Positions 23,881 through 35,319 are shown, counted from the stretch's first letter. The stretch: DNA of 64,000 nt from Ostrea edulis (GCF_947568905.1 NC_079169.1:84258001-84322000), one strand, 5' to 3'. Made by a program: numbers and translations. The notes: generated by a model not told the origin, from the sequence alone.

Positions 23881-25832
23881 ACGAGGGACGTTAAACATGA
23901 TACAATCAATCAATCCACCTTACAAAATGTACTTCCACATATCCATGGATTCAAGAAATCAATGTTTTAGATACTGAAGTTCAACTGTAGTTCACATACC
24001 AGTAATGTCTTTTTCAATCTTCCCATATGAGCAAGAGATATTAAACACAGGTTGTTGTTTTTTTTTTGTCCCTCTGTTTGTTTGAAATGATTAAATGCTG
24101 CCTTGTTCAGGTTGAAATGATTAAAATGCTGCCTTGTTCAGGTTAAAATGATTAAATGCTGTCTTGTTCAGGTTAAAATGATTAAATGCTGTCTTGTTCA
24201 GTTTGAAATGATTAAATGCTGTCTTGTTCAGGTTGAAATGTTGTTCAGGTTAAAATGATTAAAAACTGTCTTGTTCAGATTGAGTGGGTTATCTCCCTTC
24301 GCTGGAGAGGACGATTAGGAAACTCTCCAGAATGTCGGCCGCTGTGATTAGGAGTTTGCAGAGGAGGCATTCTCATCCGTCTCTCCTGAGGCAAAAGACT
24401 TCATCAGGAGACTCCTCATCAGGAGACCACAGTAAGTCTACCTAAGGTCATTCTTCCAAGAAATAAACAGAATTTTATTGTCGAGATTTAAGTGTCTATC
24501 TTTGAGGTAATGTTGATGATATTTTTTACCAGGGAAAGAATGACAGTTCACGATTGTCTAGACCATTCATGGCTGAAGGTAAATCTTAAGTTGGATACTT
24601 GCTCGTTCAGTTTATAGTGTTGAAATTTAAATAGAAAATATAAACCTCAGGCATCAAGCAAATACATTTACACATACATTGTACATAAATTTAAGTTATG
24701 CATTATATTGAATCCTTCAACTTAACTAATTTTGCCTGCACTCAAGCTTTTCTAAAATAAAATTTGTGATGAAATTGTCAGTTTTCATTCAGAGATCACA
24801 CTAATGTTATGCATGATAGTGATTTACTGTGCACTTTGTAGTCATTGGACTTTCAATGTAATGAGAAAAAAGCACACATATTTGACCAATCTGAAGGGAC
24901 AAGCACACACAACATTTTACTTTGTTTCGAGGCGTAAGTCTTCTGATTTACATGCAGGAAGAGAGTGTCCTTCCCGTGCCTGTAATTTATATGTAACATT
25001 TCACTGTTTGTCGCAGGGTGATCTCAGCAGTAGAACAACCAGAATTCCATCCAGCCGCTATGATAAGATCAGAGCCAGAATCAAGGAAAGATATGTAAGT
25101 AAGAGGAAAGATATGTAAGTCAGAGGAAAGATGTGTAAGTCAGACAGAGGAAAGATATGTAAGTCAGACAGAGGAGAGATATGTAAGTCAGACAGGGGAA
25201 AGATATGTAAGTCAAACAGAGGAAAGATATGTAAGTCAGAGGAAAGATATGTAAGTCAAACAGAGTAAAGATATGTAAGTCAGATGAAAGATATGTAAGT
25301 CAGAGGAAAGATATGTAAGTCAAACAGAGGAAAGATATGTAAGTCAGAGGAAAGATATGTAAGTCAGACAGAGGAAAGATATGTAAGTCAGAGGAAAGAT
25401 ATGTAAGTCAGACAGAGGAGAGATATGTAAGTCAGACAGAGGAAAGATATGTAAGTCAAACAGAGGAAAGATATGTAAGTCAGACAGAGGAAAGATATGT
25501 AAGTCAGTAAGAGGAAAGACGTTAGGAAGACTGGGAATATTTCTCTTAATACATACATGTATATATTAAGTCAGTTAAAGAGTCTAAGTAAGCTGTCAGT
25601 GATGAGACTGAGAAATTAGACAAAATTAATTGATGAGACTGAGGAATATTTCTTCTGATGCATGTAGCTGACAAGCCAAAGTAAATTGTATGAATGAAAT
25701 TGTCTGAATCAATGCTATTTTGTTTACAGGCTGACTGGCCACACCCTATGCCAGCCATTGGCCGCTTGGCTAACCTCAGCTCTCTCAGGAAACACCGTCC
25801 AAAGGAATACTCTATCTATGATGCCTACTTTG
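20796..25832 (+). CDS. unc-22: Twitchin Ser/Thr kinase domain with N-linker and C-terminal autoinhibitory tail (contains two premature TAG)
   Basis: GSGAFGVVHRC, FVAKFI, HLDVKPEN, MIDFGLA, TAEFAAPE, DMWAVGV, LSGLSPFAGEDD*ETLQNVGRCD*EF, RIPSSRY, AIGRLANLSSLRKHRP. Confidence 0.92.
21332..21500. mobile_element. Short fold-back (palindromic) element in intron
   Basis: aacaataaaatgtctttctttgttgtttcatcgggcgatgaaagtagc.. mirrors ..gctaccttcatcacccaatgaaacaacaaagaaagcattttattgtt. Confidence 0.65.
22246..22625. repeat. 47 bp tandem repeat containing acceptor and first 31 exon nt, 8 copies
   Basis: Unit gcctgaatgatttcag|tttgtcgggaggagagttgtttgatagaatt; starts at 22246, 22293, 22340, 22387, 22436, 22483, 22530, 22577. 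Confidence 0.95.
22843..23031. mobile_element. Tc1/mariner-type MITE
   Basis: tacagtaaaaca ... tgtttcactgta inverted ends. Confidence 0.6.
23460..23989. mobile_element. Tc1/mariner-type MITE hosting a SINE insertion
   Basis: tacagtcaaacctc ... gaagttcaactgta inverted ends. Confidence 0.65.
23578..23915 (+). mobile_element. tRNA-derived SINE, full length, (CAAT)n tail
   Basis: Head with A box (gtggtctagagg) and B box (gtttgaatc); tail tacaatcaatcaatc; 11 bp TSD caacttacaaa / caccttacaaa. Confidence 0.85.
24082..24278. repeat. ~30 bp tandem repeat containing a splice acceptor, 7 ttgttcag copies
   Basis: AG ends at 24110, 24141, 24171, 24201, 24231, 24248 and 24278. Confidence 0.9.
25085..25510. 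repeat. 20/24 bp tandem repeat containing exon end and GTAAGT donor, 19 copies
   Basis: gaaagatat|gtaagtcagacagag; GTAAGT counted 19 times from 25095 to 25499. Confidence 0.95.
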
Positions 25833-26005
25833 GTAATTTTTTTCTGTAATTCCAGTTCAAAATTGTTTAATACAGATGCATTTAAGGATCTAATTGTATG
25901 TTGTATTTTAGGGGATTCAATATACTTGATTTCCGTATGAATTTTATAAAGGGATTGGAGAAGTAAAGGTCTCTCTGTACACTGCATGTCTTTTGAATTA
26001 TACAG

Positions 26006-29000
26006 ATCGTAAGGAAGCTGCTCCGAGGTTCATCAGACGTCCCAGAAACACCTTGGTGGGAGAAGGAAACATTGCTAAGTTAGACTGCAGAATCATTGCT
26101 GCCTCGGCTCCGATCGTCACTTGGTGAGTCCAGAACACTACTCATATTCACATGTATCGCAAGCTTTTAAACCAAGTTTCTAGCTCTCAAAAGAATTGGA
26201 TTCTTTTGATGATATTGAATGTGATGGGTTTTTTCCTGACTTTCAGACGTTTTGATGATATTGAATGTGATGTTTTTTTTCCTGACTTTCAGGCGTTTTG
26301 ATGGCGGGGTACTCACTCAGAGTGTGAAGTACATGCAGAAATACATGGGTACAGAGTACGAGCTAAAGGTCAGTCGGTGCAAGAAGGAGGACGCTGGAAC
26401 TTACACAGTAGTTGCAGAGAATTCCTTTGGAAAACGTGAAGAGAAGGCTTCCCTCAAAGTGGAACGTAAGTCAAACATTTGTTTAAAAAATTTGATTATA
26501 TGTAAACCATGTTATGAGGGATGTGAAATGGTTTCTGTTTAGTCCATGGTTTGTAAAATCTAAATAACCCTAAAGCACATTATACTCTGATTTCATGGTT
26601 TGTTATTAAAGCTTCATTCTGTAAGTGATATTTATAGAGTTTTCTTAATGTCGAATAATACAATACAATACAATGATTTGTGTAGCGCCAAATTCAGCAA
26701 GTTACCCTAAGGCGCTTAACAGCATAAAATGACGGACATAACTGTACACAAGCAAAACCACATGACATGCAGGCTGTCCAGCGGCCCTAAAATTCCTGAA
26801 AAAATCCTTCTTCTTTTTTTTTTAGTTTCCGTAAAAAATGTTAATTTTGAGGGGAAATCCTAAAAAAGCCCTAATTTTCCCTGTCATTTTCTATTTTTAA
26901 AAATATATTTCTATTCTAGCAATTTTGAAAATGCATTCAAACTAAATATGGCCAGTAAATCCATTTGTCAAACTGTTTATTGCCTGTGACTTTGTGACAA
27001 AGATGTGACTATTAAGGTTATAGTCAATAATAGCTGGAAGACGCCCTTCCCGCATGGAGAGTATTTTTTGTGAGTTTCTTTATTGTCAATATTGCGAAAG
27101 AAAGACAATTTAACTGTCTAAAACTGCCCTAATTTAGTTAGGAAATTCCTAATTTTAGCCCTAAAGTTTCGTAATTTTAGCCCTAAAATTAGCCCCTTAT
27201 GTTTTGTCAGAAAGTGCTGGACATGGGGTAAAATGGAATGGAAAACATTACTATATTAACATTACACAGATAAACATGTAGAAAATAATACCATATTATA
27301 ATACCATATTTATATAGCACCCTTTTCATACACTATATACACTCAAAGGTGCTTAAATTGAAAATGAGCATTATGGAAGCATAAAAAGTAGCCGTGAGCA
27401 TTGATATGCATTGTTGATGTTTGACATTGTAGCTGCTCCAAAGAGGGAGGTAACTCTGAGTCGAGAAACTACATCCATGCGAAGGTAAGGACAAGTTTTG
27501 TCAACAGCTTGGTACAGTTTACAATTTCAAAAACAATCTATAAGAATCACAGTGAGTTAGCTGAAATGAAAATTTACTGTGAAAATGGTGCAATATAAAT
27601 CTGGGTTTTGTCCATAGATCCAGACCTCCATCCATGATGAGAGAAATTGAGAAACCCAAAGAGGAACGTCCAGACTTTAATTTTGGTCTACGTCCTCGTC
27701 TAATCCAGGCCGGACAAGAATTCAAACTCATCTGTTGTGTTCAGTGTACGCCCACACCAAAGGTAGAGAATTCAAACTCATCTGTTGTGTTCAGTTTACG
27801 CCCACGCCAAAGGTAGAGAATTCAAACTCATCTGTTGTGTTCAGTTTACGCCCACGCCAAAGGTAGAGAATTCAAACTCATCTGTTGTGTTCAGTTTACG
27901 CCCACGCCAAAGGTAGAGAATTCAAACTCATCTGTTGTGTTCAGTTTACGCCCACGCCAAAGGTAGAGAATTCAAACTCATCTGTTGTGTTCAGTTTACG
28001 CCCACGCCAAAGGATTCAGTTGTAATATATGTGGAATGTATTGGGTATTTGATAATTTCTGTTCTATGTGTTAGAATGTATTGGGTATTTGATAATTTCT
28101 GTTCTATGTGTTAGAATGTATTGGGTATTTCTTAACTCTGATGTATTTCAGGTCACCTGGACAAAAGATGGTCGTGAAATCACTCACAATGACCACTACA
28201 TGTGCCAGTATTCCAGCGGTGTATGTACAATGGAGGTGCAGAATGCACTCGTGTCGGATACAGGAACTTACAAATGTGTCGCCGTAAATGAACTCGGAAC
28301 TGAAGAAACATCCAGCTATGTTGTCGTAGAAGGTGAGGATTGAAATTGACAAGAGATTGATATCTTTAAAAATTTGAATATTCACAATCTGACATTTATA
28401 ATCAATTAATGAATTTTCCGTAAATATGAAATTAGAGGGGATATGTATTCCAAGAAACATGTGAAATTTGTAATGTCAAACAAGACAATACAATGAGTTG
28501 AAGCATGGGTTTGTTTTTGTTGTGCAGGGGTTGACAGGAAAGGTATTATTAATAGAGTTGGTAGTGGTTCAACACCATAGTTAGTGTTAGAGCACAATTA
28601 GTAACCTATATACACATGTGTATATTTACATTCAATGACAATCATGGATGTGGACAAATGGATACCCATTTTATAATACCCAACTACACTGCCACCATAA
28701 ATATCGAGTATACACTTCACGCACAGCTGTCTATTTAAATATTGAGTTCTACACTCCATTTCAATCCCTTCAAAGTGGAGATTCATCAATGAAAAGTGAT
28801 TTTAGTGTAGTCTAACTTTGACTCAAAACATTAATCTGTGATATTGTATAAATTGTTAACATGTTATCACATACTTTCTGTGTCTGTAAAATGTATAGCT
28901 CTGTTAGTACCAACGTACAGTGTATTCTACGAAATGGACAGCTGGTTTTGTGTGCCGATATTTATCATGAGTTGTGTTTACGATGTGCACAGATAGTTGT

Positions 29001-32000
29001 TTTAGCATTACTTTAATGGTTTATTAGTCAATTAAATATTAGAATCATTACATTATTTACCAGTTATTATGCCATGGGAAGTCGTGTCAATTAACAAAGT
29101 CCTGGACTGTCTCTTCATAGATATATAATTATTTTAGTTCACTGTAGATTTACAGACAAATATGTGTCTAATGTGTGTATGTTTGTGTGTGTTGTCCTGT
29201 TTGTAATTAAGAAATAAGACTTTATTTCTTTAACTTCATTGGGATATGAAATGCAATTGGTCATGTGATTTGATCTGATACCTCCCAAATGAAGTTATAG
29301 AAATAATATCTTATTAACATTTTTTGTTAATGTGGAATAAAAATTCATATCTACTATGATTTGAAATTCTGAAATTGTCATTGCGTAGCATTACTAAACT
29401 GTGACATCATAATTATGTCAATTCATTATGATGCCACACCACAATTACCTTGTGTCACGTGACCATTTGATGCTCACAACAACCTTGGAGTAACATGACA
29501 TCCTGGAAAACATTTGTAAATGTGTGAATATTTTCGTATTTTGTCCATTACAGTATTATTTAATTGAATTTTTAAAGATTTTATCATAGTACTATAATGA
29601 CCCAAAAAATCTCTTTCAGATCGAGCTCATGAAGGAGTGGATTTGAGGAAAAGTGGCAAATCCCGCAGCGTACGCCAGACGAAATCTGGTTACAGTAGTC
29701 GATATGAAGATTCTAGCTACAACGAGTCTTCTTATTCCTCCTCCTCAAAAACTAGTCGCTCCTCGAGGAAATATACCGAAGAAACAGTAGAGGACAGCTC
29801 CTATTCTTCCCGACAATCTGACCGATCACAGAGGAAAAGTGAGTTCATTATTCACCCTGTAAACAAAGAAAAGGTGTGTCAGAATATACATGCGATAGTT
29901 GATTAATATCATTCAAGGTCTTATATTTCATTTTATGTTGACCAATAGTGCTAGGAAATAACTTGCAATCTTTACAATGTACTATAGGTATAAAATAAAA
30001 AAAATAAAAAAAGGTTCTTTTTCATCTTTTTTTAAAATATGATTTTGACAATTTTACAGAGAGGGAGGAAGTAGCCCCTAATTTCACACAGAATCTGTCC
30101 CCAGAAATTCTTAGGGAAGGAGATCGCTTAAAGCTGACCTGTTCTTTTAAAGGAACACCTGATCCAGACATTGAGTGGTACTTCAATGGACAGGTATCAA
30201 AACTCTCAAGAGTTATGTGCCCGCTTAATTATTTTTCTCTGTAAAAGATATTCATAGAGCAATAAAAATTTTACAGTACATATATGCATACTGTATTTTT
30301 ACTTATTTTAACGGATTCAAATTTTAGCGGCCTTGGCAGTGAAGCAGGTGTGCTAATTCAAAGTTGTGCTGAAATATAAAATTCTTTATTTATCCATTCT
30401 CAAATATAGAAGAACTGCTTAATCATGATTATGCCAAATAGTGCATCAGCAGCGACTTCACTCAATTTTAAATACACTAAAAGACGTAAACATAGAATAT
30501 GATATGTAACAAATTTCACTTGAATGTATAAATTTTTTTTTTAAATATCTTGAATTGGTGTTTGTGTTTTGTTTTTGATTTTTTAGAATTGATTTATGTT
30601 TTTATTTTATTTATTTATTTCGTTGTCGTTAGCTTTTAAAGGGTGACAGTTCCGTGAAGATCAGGAGCCTTGGTGACAGCTGTTCCCTGGAGATCAGGGA
30701 GGTTACTGTGGATGATGAAGGATCATATACGTGTAAAGCCATTAACTCAGCGGGAGTAGCCTCCACTAAAGCTAGTGTACAAGTCACTGGTGGGTAGAGT
30801 CATGCCCTCCATCTAACCAGAATTTTCTCTGTAATCCATGACCAAACAAAAACATGTGCATGATGTTGATGGAATGTGTTGGACAAGCACTCCTTGTTCC
30901 CTCTCAAACTGTATTCTGTGATGCACTGATCTACAATTTTCTTTACAGCCAAGCCGCAAGAGAAATTAGCTGACCCACCCCGCTTTATTACCCATCCCTT
31001 AGGTCTTAGGTTAAATGATGGTGACCCTGCCACATTAGAATGTCAGATTTCAGGTACAATTTACAGAAATTAGGATTTTAATGAAATTTACAGTAAACAT
31101 GACTAAATCACAAGATAAAAAGCAAATGCAGATATAGTAGGAAGTTGCGATATCCATTGCTGAATTGCTGTATTGAAGCCTCACCTGAGAAAACCCTTTT
31201 CCTTCCCTGTTTGAAATTTTCCTCCAATATACCTTGCACTGGTATGTTACTTTCCTAAAGTTTTCCTACAAATCATCATTGGTGCTGTAGAAGTTCAAAC
31301 CAAAAAGTTTAGAGAGGATCTTTCATGAACAGATTACATGGCCAGAAAATTCAAGCAGATGAGGAAAAGTGGTTTTGCAATGGTGAGGAAGATAGTGCAG
31401 TTGTCTGTAGGTCGCTAAATGGTGAGTGTGACGCTGTTTTTAGGCTCTCCTGACATAAAATGGTACAAAGGTAGAGAGCAGATCGTGGATAGTGAAGACT
31501 TCCGTTATGAAAACGACGGCGACACGTACAGACTGGTGATTGCTGAAGTTTTTCCGGAGGATAGTGGAATGTACAAGTGTGTGGCTGAAAATGAGGCTGG
31601 GTCGTCCAGCAGCAGCTTCACTGTTTTCGTAGAAGGTACATGTGGGATGAGTGTAGTGTAGTCACAGAGTATTCTGTTACAGGGGCAATGGGTATATAAT
31701 TCTCAGTGGAATGTCTCCCTATACATTTCTCCTTCAACAATCCCGACTTGCACCTCGGGCATGCTTATCACCACAAAACTGGAATTACTATGTACTTTGA
31801 TATTTACAGAATCCTTGGTTGTTTTTTTTTTCATTTAACAGTTTTGATAATGATAATGTAAATACACGCAGCTTTGAAATTACCTTGAACTATAACAAAA
31901 ATTATCTCTTTCTCAAAATTCCTACTCTAGTGCTGAGAACAAATGTTCATGGAGTAAGAATGACCCTATAAAGACAGAATATTATTATTGTTCTCAAATC

Positions 32001-33142
32001 AAGTTTCTTTTTTTTCAACAGGAAAATCAGGTAGTATATGAGTGTATGCTGTGATGTTTTACAAACTATTCATGTAAATGTGTTCCTATTAGTATTTGGT
32101 GATTATTGCAAGCTACATATACATCACTTTTGTGTCCCTAGAAAAATTTATCACTACCCTGTTTTGTACCTGAAGGACCATGCAGCATTTTTCCACCCCC
32201 CCCCCACCCCCCCCCCCCCCAAAAAAGCATTTCCATGAATGAATTTGAACATTGTACAAATTTCCCCCCATGACTTGATACATTTTGAATTAAAAGCATG
32301 ATTAAGAAGATTCCCTGTGACTATTTTCAACCACCTTTCTATCTTCTGTGCCGTATGGGAAAATGCAGTCTATATCCTCTGAATGAAGTGGACATGTATT
32401 GTGATATTTAGAGAATGTGGATGGCAGAAAAGAACGATATGCAATAAAGGCTAATATCTGCCCTTTCAACTTAATATTGTTTTTATCGTTTTTCAAAAAC
32501 ATAACTTGATATGTGCCTGCCAAAATTATGTTATTTGTAAATGTGATTTTTTTTATATCTTGTGTTAACTGAACTACAATATTATAATATTAAAAGTGCA
32601 AGCTTGGTCCAACGTCAATTCTTGGTAGCATCACTTAGTCCATTACCAATGCAACGGGGGGGGGGGGGGGGCTAGCTATAGGTTCTGTCTTTGTCTTTTT
32701 GTTCATCAGTCAGTCTGGTTCTTTTAATTTTCAACACTTTCTTTACAATATCAAAATTATTTAGAGAGTTATGGCCCTTTGCATCAAATTCGTTTTCTGC
32801 ACTTTTTTTTATATTATGCTTCGAGATATTGATATGAAAATTGCTGTGTAGCTTTCTAGTGTACAACTATAGATCAAATTTGAATTTTGAAATGGTTGAC
32901 CCAGTTTTAACCAAAGCAACAGCCCTTTGCATAGAACTTGTTTTTTGCACTTTCTTTTCTTTATGCTTTCAGATATCTTAGTGAGCAACTATAGGGAAAG
33001 ATCAACATTTGTCGAGGTTGACCACTTTTACAAATGTTATATACCCCTTTGCATAAAATTTGTTTCCTGAAATTAGGCTGTGCAAAATGTGAATGAGGCT
33101 TACTTTAAGCACATTATCTTGAGATTTCTGACGGAGGCAAAA

Positions 33143-33189
<47 letters not shown>

Positions 33190-34702
33190 AAATACTATGG
33201 CAGCTGGAGAATGTTTTCTTCCTGGAATCCAGCCAGAAAATTTGTTGCAATACCAGCCTAAAAAGTTTTTCTGGAATCTGTCCATAATTTTTATTTTGAT
33301 ACTTACTGTTGATTTGCCGAGTGGAATTTGAAGAAAAAAATCTTTGCTGTTATACAATGCATATTGTGGCTGGAATTTTATTCCAGTCAACTTTCTGCCA
33401 GAAAATGGTAATTCCTGTTCATTTACAGATGGATTAGAGACAGATCCCAATTCTCAGTTTTGTACAAGACATGAATTACTCCATTTATACTCTCAGAAAA
33501 GTTGTGAATGGTGTGGAGCACACATGCACTTAATGATTCAAAAGCAAACAGAAAATTACGATTTTCTTTCAAAATTATTAAGTCGGGATTATTAAGTTGT
33601 GGGGAAAAAAATAATAACATCTAAATTTACTGTTGTGGAGTTCATGGCATTATCTACGGGGTAATTATATTTCTATTTTGGACTTTGAATTTCGGGTGGA
33701 AATTAACCATTCTTGCATATTGTTCTTCAGGCAGTTTCCATCATAGATATCGGTAGGAAAGGGAAACAATTCTGAACTCCCGAGTCGTGTAATGCAAGAT
33801 AAATTTTGTAAATAGGATTGCAGGGTTTTGTCTTTATGACACACATCTATGACTGGGAAATTTGTGAACTTTGTACATTTTGTGATTTACATGTAGTCTG
33901 TGTTGGTTGTATGAAAATAATTTATTTCATAGGCTTCTTTGTCTTCCTGTTCACTTTGGACTCGTACAGTAACAATCTTTTTTTATCCTTTCAGTGCCAG
34001 ACGAAGAACCACAAGGTCCCCAGTTTAGCTGATTCCCTCAGTCCAGAACTGTAGATGAGGGATCCTCCTTTAAAGCTACCTGTGGTTTAGATGATGTTGA
34101 ATCTGGTAATTCATGCATACTAATCTATTTTTACCATCATGTCAAGGTCTACAACTCTGACAGAAACTACACACTATAGCTTTATTTCATTCCAATGTAT
34201 GTACATGTATCACCAGATATCTCTCCCATTTACCAGAGTACTTCCTTTTTGCCAAAGATTAAGTATGTCTGCATAAACACTTATGCAATCCTTTTTCACT
34301 GTGAATTTTGACTTCAAATTTTATTCCCCAATTCTCCATTCATGTTAGATTGCACTGTGTAACATGCCTGGAGACCTAGGTAAATTTTTTTTGTGGATAC
34401 AATATGTACACATGTACAGATATTTCTGTTGGTAATTATAAATCATTACTTTGTGAATTCTTCTAGTTGTTTGGACCAAAGATGGTCGGGAAGTCGAGGA
34501 CACGGGCAGATTCAATTTCAGCCAAGATGGCAATTCTTTCACCTTTGAGATACCTGCAGCACTGGCAACAGATTCGGGTGTCTACTGTGCTAAGGCTACA
34601 AATAGCAAAGGAAAGGCCGAATGGCAATTCACACTTGATGTGCGAGTAAGTTCTTCTCCATGTGCTGATATTGATGTACTACAGCTGATCAAGTCCATGC
34701 AG
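26006..34702 (+). CDS. unc-22: Twitchin C-terminal five Ig domains plus a Ser/Tyr/Arg-rich linker exon (premature TGA at 34030)
   Basis: APRFIRRPRN..CRII, PDFNFGLRPRLIQ, APNFTQNL, PPRFITHP and GPQFS*FPQSR each open an I-set Ig with a later W and DxGxYxC/V motif. Confidence 0.88.
27719..28012. repeat. 50 bp tandem repeat of the last 44 exon nt plus gtagag donor, 6 copies
   Basis: Unit aattcaaactcatctgttgtgttcagtttacgcccacgccaaag|gtagag. Confidence 0.95.
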
Positions 34703-35105
34703 GTGAGAGGTCAAAGGTCACAGACAGATAGCCTGTAACCTGTGGTTTTGAGGTTACTGGAATTTGAAATCTATTCACACCATTCCAAAATAGTCAGAGT
34801 AGATCTTGAGAACTATATATATGTGTTTGCTTTTTGTAAAAATTGACAGTGCTTTTATTTCACAAGAATCCCGATGCAACTCACTTGTTATTCTCAATTT
34901 TATCAAAATAACACCTATTTGGAATTATGACATAAAGATAACTTTTTCCCACCATTTTCAATATTTTGACACAAAATGGCTTTTTCATGTAGTTCTTGCA
35001 GGAAACATTGAGCACAGACATGGGCAAGTTTTATATTCATGTTCAAGTGGTACAAACATTTTATTTATTCAAAGCTGTAAGAAAAACATTCCCAAAAGTT
35101 TTAAG

Positions 35106-35319
35106 TACTGTAGATGTATTTCATTCCACGGAGTCATAATTTTGCGGATTACCATTTTTGGTTCGGTCCTTGGGGGGTATGAAATTCCACTGGGTTGCGT
35201 ATGGCCTAGATAAAAATAGCTTGCATACTTCATTCAAGTCTGCTGATATGAAATTACACGGATTTTATACCCCGAACTTAGCGGAAATAAACGCCATGTA
35301 AAAATGTGCGTTTACAGTA
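35106..35319. mobile_element. MITE (tactgta termini)
   Basis: tactgtagatg ... cgtttacagta inverted ends. Confidence 0.55.

Larger units (their letters stand above)
11416..34702 (+). pseudogene. unc-22: Twitchin (unc-22/projectin family), 3' portion only, disabled copy
   Basis: 37 AG/GT-bounded exons read by hand: 11416-11612, 12682-12854, 13387-13516, 13828-13976, ~14300-14423, 14733-14840, 15966-16160, 16252-16356, 16463-16657, 17093-17222, 17368-17670, 17922-18033, 18475-18647, 18952-19236, 19447-19612, 19964-20118, 20796-20861, 20959-21052, 21594-21797, 22593-22734, 23200-23399, 24279-24431, 24533-24578, 25017-25094, 25730-25832, 26006-26123, 26293-26465, 27433-27484, 27618-27762, 28152-28332, 29620-29838, 30060-30193, 30633-30789, 30949-31053, 31444-31635, 33995-34105, 34467-34645/34702. 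Domain order Fn3/Ig repeats-Ig-Ig-Fn3-kinase-5 Ig is that of twitchin. Stops at 24316, 24349 and 34030. No 5' exons found in the window. Confidence 0.88.

Noticed and set aside
11826-28012. Regular direct repeats resembling CRISPR arrays
   Set aside because: Units are head-to-tail with no unique spacers, the DNA is spliced eukaryotic sequence and no cas genes are present.
13629-31033. Numerous short minus-strand ORFs over twitchin exons
   Set aside because: Antisense shadows of real plus-strand exons or of TA microsatellites; no independent motifs.
33100-33450. 116 aa minus-strand ORF with poly-Phe
   Set aside because: Produced by a ~40 nt poly-A tract in a twitchin intron; no domain signal.
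24316-34032. Stop-codon reassignment or read-through in twitchin
   Set aside because: Both TAG and TGA occur, each is one substitution from the expected codon, and independent structural lesions exist. Pseudogenisation is simpler.
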